In this document: piece by piece, positions 20,021-30,246 of the stretch
How positions within the stretch are numbered: the stretch's first letter is position 1
Layout of the letters: each line of letters opens with the position of its first letter
Virus record (IMG/VR): IMGVR_UViG_3300048599_000301
Span: 1 to 59,259 of that record
Direction: 5' to 3' (one strand)
DNA from: a virus
Lineage: Duplodnaviria; Caudoviricetes
Length of the DNA stretch: 59,259 nucleotides
Made by a program: the position numbers and the translations under genes
The notes under the pieces: model-generated
The model's database searches: none
The model's input: the letters and a program-made list of their open reading frames with translations, nothing else
Told to the model about the DNA's origin: nothing

Positions 20021-20095
20021 GGTTCTCGTCTCTCGGTTTGGGTTGCTGTGGTTGGTCGGAATCTGCCCCGATCAGGCGTCTCGCTTGTCGGCCGC

Positions 20096-22297
20096 TTACT
20101 TGCCGTTGGCCTTGTACATGCCCGGGAAGTCCATGGCCTTGGCACCGATGTCGTGCTTGATGTCCCAGCCGATGCCCCACTGGCCCTTGTCGAGGGTGAA
20201 GCTGCGGAGCTGCGGTTGGCGGTTCGTGCCGCGGCGATAGACCACGCGGATCGTGCGCGGGCCGCCGGCGGAGAGGAACCAGTTCGTATCGCTGCCGGGC
20301 CGGATCTTCTCGGTGGTCGGATCGTACACGCCGGCCGTTCCGACCCGGTCGTCGATCACCAGCGTGATGTTCTCGCCGGCGAGGATGTTGATCGGCATAT
20401 ACTCGGTGACGGCGTTGGCCGTGCCAACCTTGGCCAGGGCCGTGCTGGTCAGGCATTCCTTGGCGGTGTCGGAAAGAGCCATCGGAACGATCAGGAAACG
20501 CGGCTTGATGTTCAAGACCACGTCGCCTTGGCGCTGAGACCCCATCGCCTTGACTGCCGCCTTCAGCGCGGCGGCCGAGAGGGCCGAATCGGCGCCCGTG
20601 GCGAGGTTCTTGTGGGTGGCGTGGAACAGGGCCACGGCGTCGGCGATCAGGGCCGGATTGGCCAGGAGGATCGAATAGACCAGGTCCGGGCGGAGTCGGG
20701 CAGCCGCCTGGCCCATTTCGTAGGGCATGCGCATGATTGCACCCAGCCGGTCGTCGAGGATGTCCTGTTCGTCGGCCGTGAACTTTCGGGTGAACCGGGC
20801 AATCTTATAGGTCTCGTGGCTGTCGCTCGCGGTGGCGTCGGTCGCGGTGCCTCCGCGGGGATGCCGCTTGAGCCGGGCCTCGGCCGACAGGGTGATGTCC
20901 TCCTGTTCGAGGAAGTTGGGCACGTCCTCGGAGTCGCACCAGCTCGTCGTGTCGGCGACTTCGTTCCAGCCCTCCATCAAGCGGGCATAGACGTTGGTCG
21001 AAAACACGTGATTGAGCGTTGCGCCGCTCATCGCCGACCGGATCGCTTCGTCGGGGTCCCAGTAGGTCCGGCCCGTGTCGAGATACGCGGCCATGCGGCA
21101 GAGGTCGACGGCCGACATGCCCCGGAACTGGTCGCCCCGATCGGCGTCCTGTTCGGTGATCTGCCCTTCGGCACGGCTTCGCAGGCCGTTGTACATGACG
21201 TGCCGGGTCGGATCGTTGATCCCATGGGCGACCATGAAGCCGGCGGCCAGGCTGCGGGCGTTCATGTTCTGCTCTTGACTGCGGCTGTGGATCGCCGGGC
21301 CGACCGGGGCCGCTCGGTTGGTCCGGACCGCGGTCAAGAACTCGCGGCTGGCCCGGGTCAGGTCCCAACCGTCGTCGATCGCCTGGCGGAGCGTCTCTTC
21401 GGGGATGTCCTCGCCGGCCAGCTCGCGGAGCTGGCGCACGCGGTTGCGTTCGGCGACGACGGCCTGGCGGGCGGCCTCTTCGGGGTCGGTTGGCGTAGTG
21501 CGGCCGTTCCCGTCGGCCGGCGGCGTTGGCGGTGGGTCGCTGCGCTGGCTACCCGCGGGCTGCGTCTGGCCGGCGGGCGGATTCGTCGGCTGTGTTCCGG
21601 CGGCCGCGGCGTCGGCCCGAGCCTTATCCGCCTGGTTCAACTTGGCGTAGAACTCTTGGGCTTCGGCTTCGGAAGCATCGGCACGGAGCCCCAAGGTCTC
21701 AAGAAACTTGCGAAGACGTTCGTTCATGGGTTTTGACTCCTGTTGAGAACGAATCTTGGCGCGGGGGTCCGCACCGATAGAGGTTAACGACCCCTCCCGG
21801 GGACGCCATCGCGTATTGATGTTCAACGCGCGATCGGCGGGGGCGGTGTACGTTCGCCCGTTTACGGTTGACGATCGCCCCGGGGGGATTACCGTAGTTT
21901 CAAGCGGTCGTTGTCCGACGGAAACGTCAGTGATGTGGCGTTCTTTGATCTTGGTCCAAACGCCTTCCTCCGACGCGGAGACGTGGAGAGTGCCAAGAAG
22001 CTGGCCATTCTCGACACGCAAGTTACGGATAGAACCGACCTGGGAACGAATCGAACTGCGGGAATGGTTGTCAAGGAGGGGGATCTGTTCCGGAATCTCC
22101 ACCCCGTCCATGCGGAGGATCTCGTAGACCGGCTCCCAGGTGCGAAGGTCGATCGAGGTTACCGCGTCCTCCGTTGCGACCACGGCGTCAACCGTCCTGG
22201 CCTCTTCATTGATCGTCGACGGGCGGAGCTGCAGCGTGCGAACGTGCATGGGTTCGTCGTCGCCGCTGCTGCGCACGTGGAGCCATTCATTTCGCAT
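20096..22297 (-). CDS. Prohead protease-major capsid protein fusion
   Basis: N-terminal VATE...PLLDNH...VSVG protease; Pro-rich scaffold-like linker; C-terminal LFHATHKNL...PRFLIVP...DIGAKAMDFPGMYK capsid. Confidence 0.85.
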   Translation of the reverse strand: MRNEWLHVRSSGDDEPMHVRTLQLRPSTINEEARTVDAVVATEDAVTSIDLRTWEPVYEILRMDGVEIPEQIPLLDNHSRSSIRSQVGSIRNLRVENGQLLGTLHVSASEEGVWTKIKERHITDVSVGQRPLETTVIPPGRSSTVNGRTYTAPADRALNINTRWRPREGSLTSIGADPRAKIRSQQESKPMNERLRKFLETLGLRADASEAEAQEFYAKLNQADKARADAAAAGTQPTNPPAGQTQPAGSQRSDPPPTPPADGNGRTTPTDPEEAARQAVVAERNRVRQLRELAGEDIPEETLRQAIDDGWDLTRASREFLTAVRTNRAAPVGPAIHSRSQEQNMNARSLAAGFMVAHGINDPTRHVMYNGLRSRAEGQITEQDADRGDQFRGMSAVDLCRMAAYLDTGRTYWDPDEAIRSAMSGATLNHVFSTNVYARLMEGWNEVADTTSWCDSEDVPNFLEQEDITLSAEARLKRHPRGGTATDATASDSHETYKIARFTRKFTADEQDILDDRLGAIMRMPYEMGQAAARLRPDLVYSILLANPALIADAVALFHATHKNLATGADSALSAAALKAAVKAMGSQRQGDVVLNIKPRFLIVPMALSDTAKECLTSTALAKVGTANAVTEYMPINILAGENITLVIDDRVGTAGVYDPTTEKIRPGSDTNWFLSAGGPRTIRVVYRRGTNRQPQLRSFTLDKGQWGIGWDIKHDIGAKAMDFPGMYKANGK

Positions 22298-23825
22298 TGG
22301 CGGGTTCCTTCTCGTCGTCCTTCTCGCCGGCGGCGGCCTGGGCCGCCGCGGTCGGGTTCGGTGTGCCGGGGTTGGTCATGTAGGCCGGCAGCGGCAACTC
22401 GGCGGCGGCAAGCGTTTTCCGTTCGCGCTGCATCGTGGCGACATGGCTTTCCAGCGTCTTCCCTTCGTCGGCCAGGGCGTCGGTGAGGGTGTCGGTCATG
22501 TTGCGCAAGCCAATCTCCTGGGCTCCCTTTTCCTGCTGCGGATTCACGTAGGGAATCTTGGGCCAGGTCCACTTGTACGAAACGCGGGGCGGCTTGCGAC
22601 GGAGGGCCGAATTCGAAAAACGGGCCTCGCGGGCGACTTCGTCCACCAGCCGGTTCAGGGTGCCGTAGGATCGTTCCGAGCCGCTAAGCCAGGTCTGGAT
22701 CCCGCGTAGGGCTAGGCTGAAGGGCTGAAGATCGACGCGGGCCGACGACCACGAATGCTTGGAGGAATCAAGCCGAATCAGCAAAAGAGGCATGCCGACC
22801 GGCCGACCAAACTCCCGTTGCCGTTCGGCTCTATAGTCGGGGTACTGGACCGGGGGCTGGGCCGCGTTATAGACGAACGGTCGCCAGCCAGGCGGGGCCA
22901 TCTTGATGGTGCGACGCTCCACGCTCGCCGTCTCGGGAACCAGCACGGGCTCCACGTTCGGGCCCTCGGCGTAGAGCATCATCGACTGATCGGCCATCTG
23001 CCGGGCGGCGTCCTGGACCTGGTCGTCGTAGTCGCGCAGATCTCCGGACGGCGTAAGACTGGTCGTCAACCATGGGACGCCCGCCCCCTGGTCCTCCTCT
23101 TCGAAGAGGTATTCGTGGATGATCAGATCGGCCGGGATCCGGCTGTAGCTAGGCAATCCCCAGCCGGTACCGATGCCCTGCTGGTCCTTGATGTGGTAGC
23201 GAACGGGACGGCCGAGTTGATCGTACTCAACCCCCATGAAGCAATTGGGATTCCCAGCAAGATCAGGCGGCGTCTCCAGCCGTCGGGTATGGATCGGCTT
23301 GACCCGCATCTGGATGGGGCCTTCGGCGGTCGGGTCGGTGACGAACTGGGCCAGGAACGCGCCGCTCTTCCACAAGCCGTGACTCCAAAGCCTCAAGAGG
23401 GCCGCGCCGCTGATATTGCGGCGAGGAGTCGGACAGTAGAACCAATCCTGCCAAGTCCGCTCTAAGGCCGTATTGTAAGGCTCATCGTCGCTGATCACCT
23501 GGAGCGTTGGCCCGTCGGGGCCGATCAGGTAGTCGGCGTAGGTGTGAAGCATCCCCAGAAGGATGCCGTTTTGCTTCGCCTCGTACGTCGACCGTGCCCG
23601 GAGCGTAGGCAATTGCTCGGACAGCCAGGCGTTGATCGACTCGTCTTGGGCGAATTGCCAATGGGCCTGGTTGAGCCGCGTGGTCTCGGCAGCCTCCCAG
23701 CGGCGGGCGTTCCAGGCCGGCTGGGTGACGTAGCGGGGAGCGGCTGAGGGCGGCGCAGGGGCCACCGCCGGAGCTGGGCTCCCGGTCGAAATGCCGACGA
23801 TTTCCTGGCTGACAAACGATCCCAT
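22287..23825 (-). CDS. Portal protein, lambda family
   Basis: LRARSTYEAKQN, GVEYDQLGRPVRYH, GVPWL, WSSAR. Confidence 0.9.
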   Translation of the reverse strand: MGSFVSQEIVGISTGSPAPAVAPAPPSAAPRYVTQPAWNARRWEAAETTRLNQAHWQFAQDESINAWLSEQLPTLRARSTYEAKQNGILLGMLHTYADYLIGPDGPTLQVISDDEPYNTALERTWQDWFYCPTPRRNISGAALLRLWSHGLWKSGAFLAQFVTDPTAEGPIQMRVKPIHTRRLETPPDLAGNPNCFMGVEYDQLGRPVRYHIKDQQGIGTGWGLPSYSRIPADLIIHEYLFEEEDQGAGVPWLTTSLTPSGDLRDYDDQVQDAARQMADQSMMLYAEGPNVEPVLVPETASVERRTIKMAPPGWRPFVYNAAQPPVQYPDYRAERQREFGRPVGMPLLLIRLDSSKHSWSSARVDLQPFSLALRGIQTWLSGSERSYGTLNRLVDEVAREARFSNSALRRKPPRVSYKWTWPKIPYVNPQQEKGAQEIGLRNMTDTLTDALADEGKTLESHVATMQRERKTLAAAELPLPAYMTNPGTPNPTAAAQAAAGEKDDEKEPANAK

Positions 23826-24124
23826 CAGAAATCACTCACGCTATCGGGGCGAACATAGGTCACCTTACACGATCGGAACGGGCCGGAACTGGCATGGGCG
23901 GCCGAGGTCTTGAGCTGCCGGCAATTGGCAATGAAGCTGTCGAGCTCGGCCGGGTTGAAGCTGAGGGCTTGACTGCCGCCTCCGGCCAGGGATCGCGTCA
24001 CGTTCGGCGTGGTCGCCAGTCGGACCTGAATGGCCATCGCGTTGGCAATCGCCCCGTCATAGTCGCGGGCGGCCAGCGCGGTAGCGGCTGCGGTGTAGAG
24101 CGTGTTCAACTCGGCGAGACTCAT
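23825..24124 (-). CDS. Head completion protein (gpW-like position)
   Basis: Small gene directly before the portal. Confidence 0.55.
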   Translation of the reverse strand: MSLAELNTLYTAAATALAARDYDGAIANAMAIQVRLATTPNVTRSLAGGGSQALSFNPAELDSFIANCRQLKTSAAHASSGPFRSCKVTYVRPDSVSDF

Positions 24125-24186
24125 GTAGCCGAGTGTAGGACGCTGAGGAGAAGGGCTAAAGAGGGCAGGTTACAGGATCTGTAACC
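24125..24186 (-). promoter_or_regulatory. Activator-dependent leaderless head-gene promoter
   Basis: -10 TACACT (24132-24137) 7 nt before ATG; no good -35; inverted repeat GGTTACAG-N3-CTGTAACC (24168-24186) centred near -53. Confidence 0.6.
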
Positions 24187-24240
24187 GACTCAAAGAAAGG
24201 GCTCGTTAGCCCAAGAAGCGATTGAAGGATAGTCAGATGC

Positions 24241-24269
24241 TTGACATGTCGCTTGTGAGGGGGTAACCT
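24241..24269 (+). promoter_or_regulatory. Sigma70-like moron promoter
   Basis: TTGACA-17 bp-TAACCT. Confidence 0.7.
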
Positions 24270-24337
24270 TGCCCCTAGCAAGAAGCAATCATGGCAGCTC
24301 GTTCCCGATTCTCATCACAAGAAAGGCAGGTGCGTCG

Positions 24338-24898
24338 ATGAGTAGTGAATCACCATCCCGGTACGAGGCTCTTGCCAAGTTGGCGATCGAGCATTCCAAG
24401 GACTTTTTCGCACGGAAGAAGCAGGCCTCGCGATTTGGGTACGAGCTTGTGAAGAGGTTCATCGCGTACCTTGGTTGCCCACCGGAAAAGGCAACCCACA
24501 TCTCGATCGCTGCTGGATCTCTCGATTTCTGCTCTGACGAAGACCGCAGACAGTTTCTCAGTTGTTTGCCTAAACTCACGTATCATGACGATGGTTTTTG
24601 GTATTTCGGTATCGCCATCGAATTCAGTTTGAGGTGCCAATCGTTGTATTGGGACACCCAATTCCTTCGGTTCGGCGTTCGGTCGAACCGGGATTCATTC
24701 ACGGTCCGTCTTGATAAAGACGTGTCGTTCGATGTCGATTTGCAGGATTCTCAATTGATACCTTTCTTTGATGTTCTGTTTAACGAACTGGTTGCTGAGT
24801 ACGAGACGGCTTTGCGGGAACATTCTGAATGCAAACGAATCGGTTTCACCCCTCCGGCGATCCACCACACAAGCGAGCCAAACGAAGAGGCCTTCTAG
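24338..24898 (+). CDS. Hypothetical moron protein
   Basis: Low-GC ORF opposite to the late genes, with its own promoter. Confidence 0.6.
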   Translation: MSSESPSRYEALAKLAIEHSKDFFARKKQASRFGYELVKRFIAYLGCPPEKATHISIAAGSLDFCSDEDRRQFLSCLPKLTYHDDGFWYFGIAIEFSLRCQSLYWDTQFLRFGVRSNRDSFTVRLDKDVSFDVDLQDSQLIPFFDVLFNELVAEYETALREHSECKRIGFTPPAIHHTSEPNEEAF

Positions 24899-25021
24899 TA
24901 GATGAATGGGCCTCCGACTCGGTTGAACGTAATGGCGAGCCTGTGGATAGCGGCTGGCCATCCTGGTCGTTGGGTGCGATCCCTGCAATCACATTTCGAG
25001 AATCAACCATCTGCTAAACCC

Positions 25022-25726
25022 ATGCCTCTCTCGCCATCCAAATCTCGAGCATTCGTGACGGTACTCGTTTTCTCGTCCTTGCTGTACTTCCTAATAGGGG
25101 GACTAACTGCCGCTTTAGGAAAGCTCGAAGTTCAGACTTACGCACTCATCGGTGGGATGGTTGGAAGCGTCGCGTCCATACTTGGTTTGGTCTCGCTGTC
25201 GCGGCCATCAATTACTCAGACCGACCTGCAACAAATCGAGTCGCAATGCCTGAAATCACTCGCCGAGACCACGGAGGATATTCGCCGTCTCGAAGAACAA
25301 CGCACTTCCACGCTGACGAGCCTTGAGGTGGCAAAGGTGCTCACGAGAGAGCAGATTGATGCTCTGAATCGTCAGAAGCAGGAAATGGAACTGTTGGTTC
25401 GCAAGGCGAGTCTCTGCCTCTTTCTTCAAGAACAGCAGCAACTGTACACACAGCGGATTCAACAGCGGTTGTCCAAAAGCCCTGGGCTTACCTCACTGCT
25501 TGACCACCTTCGGGCGGTGAATGAAAAGCTAGTGGCATTGGATGCTGAGATCAAGAGCGATCCCAATGTTGAGTTGCTGCTCTCTATCATCGAGGCGGCG
25601 AAGGGAGGACGTGACGAGCCGCTGTTTTCCGCCTTCGGTGTACGCGTAGCCACGAATGACTTATTACGCGTGGCTGAGGAGACTTTCCGGTCTCTGTGGA
25701 CGCTTTTTGGAGTCAGACGCACCTAA
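25022..25726 (+). CDS. Two-TM plus coiled-coil moron protein
   Basis: Two hydrophobic helices followed by a heptad-rich region. Confidence 0.65.
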   Translation: MPLSPSKSRAFVTVLVFSSLLYFLIGGLTAALGKLEVQTYALIGGMVGSVASILGLVSLSRPSITQTDLQQIESQCLKSLAETTEDIRRLEEQRTSTLTSLEVAKVLTREQIDALNRQKQEMELLVRKASLCLFLQEQQQLYTQRIQQRLSKSPGLTSLLDHLRAVNEKLVALDAEIKSDPNVELLLSIIEAAKGGRDEPLFSAFGVRVATNDLLRVAEETFRSLWTLFGVRRT

Positions 25727-25938
25727 GCACGGCGTTCGCCGCAGTCAGCCCTTGTGAAACGGGTAGAATCTCCGTGCCACCAAGCGGCGACTTGCGCTGC
25801 CGTGCCACGTTGGGGGCCTGGTGATTTTTGACGATCAAGATCGGTAACCAAGTAGGCGGTGCCGAGCCGCGACGGCCGCCACTACACTGCCACGGATCTG
25901 GCTGCCTTACCGGTTTTGTTCGTCATAACCCAATGGAC

Positions 25939-26268
25939 TCAGGTGCCGAGGATCTTGTCGAGATCGATTCCCCATTTCCTGGCAATGACCATACCGTCGC
26001 GCAAGTACTGGGCCAGGGGCGTCTTCTGGACCATTTGATTGACCGCAAGCGGGGGCGAAGGAAACGTGTCACTCATGCTGCTGTATACCCCAAGGAAGTC
26101 GCGTTCATTGTCGAAATCGCCTCGCCCCATATACATGACTGAGACAACCCCATAGATGATGGCGGGAGGCTGTGAGCACAGATAGTCGTACAACTGGCGC
26201 CGCAGAAAATCCTTTGAGTCGTATTCTGCCATTCCAATGACGGTTTCGATCACTTCAGTTGGCTTCAT
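25939..26268 (-). CDS. DUF3775-like protein
   Basis: VMYMGRGDFD...KTPLAQYLRDG. Confidence 0.55.
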   Translation of the reverse strand: MKPTEVIETVIGMAEYDSKDFLRRQLYDYLCSQPPAIIYGVVSVMYMGRGDFDNERDFLGVYSSMSDTFPSPPLAVNQMVQKTPLAQYLRDGMVIARKWGIDLDKILGT

Positions 26269-26360
26269 TGGCTGTACTCCGTCTTGGCCATTGCTGAAGG
26301 TCCCTTGTCCAAAGTGGTGGTTTCTTTCGTGACGAGAACACCGCGTGAGCTGTGTCCGAC

Positions 26361-27275
26361 TCAACTCGACCTCGATCGAGCCTTTAGCTCCGCTATCGCC
26401 TTGGATGCTTGAGCAATCTTCTTCTGCTGTTCCACCGCCGCCAGTTTCTCCTGCAAAATGAGTTCAATGCCTGCTTTGACGATCTCGAAGGATGCAAGAC
26501 ATTGCTGCTCGGACAACTCGTGCACGCCAAGACTCAGGATTGAATAGAGATCCTTGTTCTGAACAAGAAAACGGGGCAACTTGTCCGCCAACATCTCTAT
26601 CTTTTCGCGCACGCGTTGCTTGGCATATTCCTCCTCGTTCCAATTGGGTGAGGCGACCGCATCTTGATGGGCCTGCTCTATCAGATATTCGAAAACCCTA
26701 CGCAGATAAACAAATGAACCAATCCCCACACCATGGGCTGCCAAGCCAATCGCCTTGGTGAACTCCCGCTGTTTCTCGTCTACAAGAACTGGGCGGTATT
26801 CACGGAGTTGGGCGATTTCGAGGTCCGCCAGCGACGGGCTCTGCCCGATCTTCTGAAGTATCTTGTTCTCTACCTCAACGATGAACTTCAGGACATGCGT
26901 CTTGTCCCGCATGCAGTCGAATCTCGCTGTGAAAACTCTATCCTCCAGTGCACGTTCAGGCAGAAGGAAAGCTCTAGTGGCATGTCCGTTCCAGGTGGTC
27001 CACCCAAGACTATGGCTATGAATGCTTGCAACATCTTTCGCTTGGATAGAATCGCCTTGGGGTATCCGCTGTAGCATCAAGTTCGGCATCTCAGGTGCGA
27101 AGATGGTTTCGCGCCTGCATTTGACGCAAAAAGCGTCGAGGTTGCCAGGAAAGTACTCTATCAGCAGTGAATGACCGTAGTTGTCGTCCGTGAGCTGGAA
27201 CTGCTGGTAGAGCGGCGTCGTCAGAAAGAACTCTTCCGCAGGTGGGAAACCTGCCGTCACCTTTGCCATCATCAA
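26361..27275 (-). CDS. Hypothetical protein with DUF4145/HEPN-like C-terminal domain
   Basis: GIGSFVYLRRVFE...YSILSLGVH. Confidence 0.6.
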   Translation of the reverse strand: MMMAKVTAGFPPAEEFFLTTPLYQQFQLTDDNYGHSLLIEYFPGNLDAFCVKCRRETIFAPEMPNLMLQRIPQGDSIQAKDVASIHSHSLGWTTWNGHATRAFLLPERALEDRVFTARFDCMRDKTHVLKFIVEVENKILQKIGQSPSLADLEIAQLREYRPVLVDEKQREFTKAIGLAAHGVGIGSFVYLRRVFEYLIEQAHQDAVASPNWNEEEYAKQRVREKIEMLADKLPRFLVQNKDLYSILSLGVHELSEQQCLASFEIVKAGIELILQEKLAAVEQQKKIAQASKAIAELKARSRSS

Positions 27276-27353
27276 GCCCCTCCGCTAATTGGTGGTCTGG
27301 CCCCGATTCTAGCGAAAGTCCGCGACCACGGAAAGGGGGCAGCCCCATCCATC

Positions 27354-27722
27354 CTAGGAAGCTCTCTCCACACTCTTAAACGTCTTCCCGCACACGCGGC
27401 ACTTGTGCCAACGGATCGGCCGGCGAGAACTGGTAACAGGAACGTCCGTAGAGTGGCAATCCGGGCAGCGCACCGGAATGAACGGGACGCCCATGTCAGA
27501 CGGCCTGGACTCCTCGGGCGAGGAAGAACCCTCGACGAAATCGGCCGCCTCCGCTGGGATCTCCTTAAACGCAAACTCCCGGCGGCAGTGGTTGCACCGT
27601 GCCCTACCGCTGGCCCACCAAGTCGTGGACTCGGGATCAGGCCGCTTGAGGATCTCGGCATCCTGGCAGCCGCAACGGGGGCAGGCGGGGCCTGTGCAGC
27701 GTTCCAACCCGATCCAGGTCAT
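27354..27722 (-). CDS. Double zinc-finger protein; C-terminal finger Ogr/Delta-like (putative late activator)
   Basis: CPRCG...CNHC and CPDC...VTSSR...RWHKCRVCGKTFKSVE. Confidence 0.6.
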   Translation of the reverse strand: MTWIGLERCTGPACPRCGCQDAEILKRPDPESTTWWASGRARCNHCRREFAFKEIPAEAADFVEGSSSPEESRPSDMGVPFIPVRCPDCHSTDVPVTSSRRPIRWHKCRVCGKTFKSVERAS

Positions 27723-29863
27723 GCGGTCCTCCGGTTCTGCGATGCCATCCAGCCGCCCTGCCCTGCGGCCGGCTGCGAGGGGTGTTTGGCGGACTTCAAG
27801 AGGCTGATGCCTTTCATGTTGGCGGCCACGTTGGCCATGTAGCTGGCGTCGAGCCAGTGGTTGTTTTCGCTCTTGGCCTTCCACTTGCGCTGCAGAATGC
27901 CTTTGATGACTTCTTCGACCTCCACCTCGGCCGTAATGTGGCGGGCGAAGGAGTGGTGGGATTTTTCGTCAAAACTCATCCGCTCGGGGTTGTCGGAGGG
28001 CTCGCCAAAAACCATTGCCGTGCCGGGACGATCGGTGGGCGTCATCCAGCGGTCATGCTCCCAGGCCTTCCAGCGGTCGGTGTCCATGCAGACCAGCCAG
28101 ACGCCCTTGGGACGGCGGGACAAGAACCAGCCGTCGCCCGGTTTCCTGTCGTAGGTGGCCCGGTCTGGGGCGCTGAAATTGGCTTGGACCGTGCCGCTGG
28201 ATTTGCCGAACCCCATGGACGGCTTCCAGTCGAGGCCCAGCTCCTTGCAGGCCGCATAGACGGCTTCGGTCCGCCAACCGGCGTCGACCAGGGTCAGGCC
28301 GACCTTGAGCTCCTGGCCGTCGATCGTCTGATAGTGGAGCTTGGCCAGGTCGTCGGCCCGGGCAAGGATCGCCCGGCGCATAGCCAGGTCGAGGCCCTCG
28401 TCGGAACCGCGAACCGTGCCAAGCACCTCGTGGACCCCGTAGTCGATCACGAAGCACGTGGCATCCGGGCGCCATGCCTTGATAACCCAATGGAGGGCCA
28501 CCTTGCGGCAGTCGACGCCCTGGGTGAGCAAGATGCAGCCGGGCGGGATCACCTTGCGCGGGTAGCCGCTGAGCTGCTTCTGGATGCGATGGGCGGTGAT
28601 GCCCGATTCCTGGGGGCCGGTCTCTTCGGGCGGATCGTTTTGGTATTCCGTCAAGAAGGCGTCGAGGCCCTTGTCGGCGATGAAGTCGTAGCAGAATTGG
28701 AGGGTGGAAACCTGCTTTTGGGTGCCGTCGGGCAAGAGGTCGGGGACGAACCGCTCGGGATTGGAGACCACGGCCCCGCGGTCCATTTCCTCGCGATGGG
28801 CCAGATAAAAGGCGTGCGCCTTGCGTGCATGCTCGTCGCCCGACTGCATCCCCGCCTGGCGGAGCATGACGTATTCGTCCCAGAGGTCCTGGCGGTCGGG
28901 CCAAGTCTCGATGAGTCGGAATCGCTTGCCGTGCCAGCTCGGCTTGTGGCGGGGATCGGTGAACTTGGCCGAGACGCACGTGCAGTTTTGCAGGGTGGTG
29001 AGCATCACCCGGGCCAGGGTCTTGCGCTGGCCGGCCAGGCCGGCGATCGTGCGGTCGATCTTGCGCTCGAGCTTTTTGCCTTGCTCCTCGTTGGCGGCCG
29101 TATCCTCGGTGTCGGGGTCGTCGATCGCGGCCAGGTCGGGCCGCTTGATGCCGATGCGGATGCCGCGGACGGCCGAGTCGAGGCCACGGGTTGCGATGAT
29201 CGCCCCGGTGGCTCGAGAGTCGGGGCCGGGGATCGTGGGCAAGATGACCTGGCGGCCACACCAGCGCATTCGGGGGCGGACCTGCCGGAAGGCGTGGTCG
29301 CCGATCCGGCCGGTGATGAGCTGCCCGCCGGCCCGGTTGGGCATGCCGTCCAGCGCTCGGATCGGGATGCAGACTTCGGGATAGTTTTCCAACAGGCGGT
29401 CGTTGTCCTCGAATTGCTCCTTGATGTTCTGAAGGATCTGCTCGGCGTCGGTCCCCGTGGCCGAGAAGATCACGGGGAAGAGGAGGATGCCGGTCAGGAC
29501 GCAATACTGGATGACGCATTCGGTGAGGGTCGTCTTGCCCTCGCCACGCGGGGCGGCGATCGCCTGGTCGTTGCCGTGCTTGGCGGCGTTCAGGATTGCC
29601 AGGGCCATTTCTCGGCGTTGCTCCGTGAACTCGGACGAAAAGAGAACCGGGTAGTGGTAGGGGAGCCAAAGGAATAGGTCGCGCTCGAGCTCGCGCCGGC
29701 GCTCGAGGCATTCGGCCGAGACCTCCAAAAAGATCTCCCGGGCCTGGCTGCGGACCCGGCGCTTGCGGGCGGCGTCCCGCTCCCGTTCCGTCGGGGTTGG
29801 GCTTGGGGTCTTGCGTCGATCATGCTTCTTGCGGCCACCGGGGCGGCCTTTGAACAGGGTCAT
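27719..29863 (-). CDS. Terminase large subunit (GpA-like nuclease domain)
   Basis: Walker A APRGEGKT; AAIDD; EYQNDP; GVDC, DAGW, NHWLDA. Confidence 0.9.
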   Translation of the reverse strand: MTLFKGRPGGRKKHDRRKTPSPTPTERERDAARKRRVRSQAREIFLEVSAECLERRRELERDLFLWLPYHYPVLFSSEFTEQRREMALAILNAAKHGNDQAIAAPRGEGKTTLTECVIQYCVLTGILLFPVIFSATGTDAEQILQNIKEQFEDNDRLLENYPEVCIPIRALDGMPNRAGGQLITGRIGDHAFRQVRPRMRWCGRQVILPTIPGPDSRATGAIIATRGLDSAVRGIRIGIKRPDLAAIDDPDTEDTAANEEQGKKLERKIDRTIAGLAGQRKTLARVMLTTLQNCTCVSAKFTDPRHKPSWHGKRFRLIETWPDRQDLWDEYVMLRQAGMQSGDEHARKAHAFYLAHREEMDRGAVVSNPERFVPDLLPDGTQKQVSTLQFCYDFIADKGLDAFLTEYQNDPPEETGPQESGITAHRIQKQLSGYPRKVIPPGCILLTQGVDCRKVALHWVIKAWRPDATCFVIDYGVHEVLGTVRGSDEGLDLAMRRAILARADDLAKLHYQTIDGQELKVGLTLVDAGWRTEAVYAACKELGLDWKPSMGFGKSSGTVQANFSAPDRATYDRKPGDGWFLSRRPKGVWLVCMDTDRWKAWEHDRWMTPTDRPGTAMVFGEPSDNPERMSFDEKSHHSFARHITAEVEVEEVIKGILQRKWKAKSENNHWLDASYMANVAANMKGISLLKSAKHPSQPAAGQGGWMASQNRRTA

Positions 29864-30246
29864 GCTTCGGGATCGGGTTCGGGCTCCGGATCTGGCTCCG
29901 GCTTCCGCTTGGCCAGGTCGGCCATCAACTTCACCGCACGCAAGGCCCCCTGGAAGTCGCCAATCTCGATCATCCGGCGGTAGAGGTCGCGAGTGGCCTC
30001 GAAACACCAGCCGTAAACGGCCGACGGGTCAAAATCGCCGGCCTCGCGAATCAGCTTGCCCACGGCCAGGATCAGGGGCTTCGGGTCGGCGTCGGGCCAG
30101 GCCTGATGGATCGCCTCGGTGATGTGGTGCTCGCTCGCCCCGGTCAGGACCCACGCGAGGACCTGGTGGACCTTGGCCGGGTCGGGCGGGGGCTTTCTAC
30201 ATCTCCTCTTGGAAGAACTTGCAGATGTCGTAAGGTTTGGCATCAA
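29860..30246 (-). CDS. Putative terminase small subunit
   Basis: Small helical ORF coupled to the large terminase; start uncertain. Confidence 0.5.
   Translation of the reverse strand: MMPNLTTSASSSKRRCRKPPPDPAKVHQVLAWVLTGASEHHITEAIHQAWPDADPKPLILAVGKLIREAGDFDPSAVYGWCFEATRDLYRRMIEIGDFQGALRAVKLMADLAKRKPEPDPEPEPDPEA

Noticed and set aside
18164-21736. 1190-aa plus-strand ORF, and similar long ORFs such as 27782-29677 and 36186-37427
   Set aside because: Antisense shadows of real high-GC genes (capsid, terminase), with no motifs of their own.
20096-22297. Protease-capsid fusion as a novelty
   Set aside because: A known arrangement in phages with lambda-family portals.
25766-25830. Possible small RNA after TAGAAT between convergent moron genes
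   Set aside because: No convincing -35 or scaffold match; a bidirectional terminator region is sufficient explanation.
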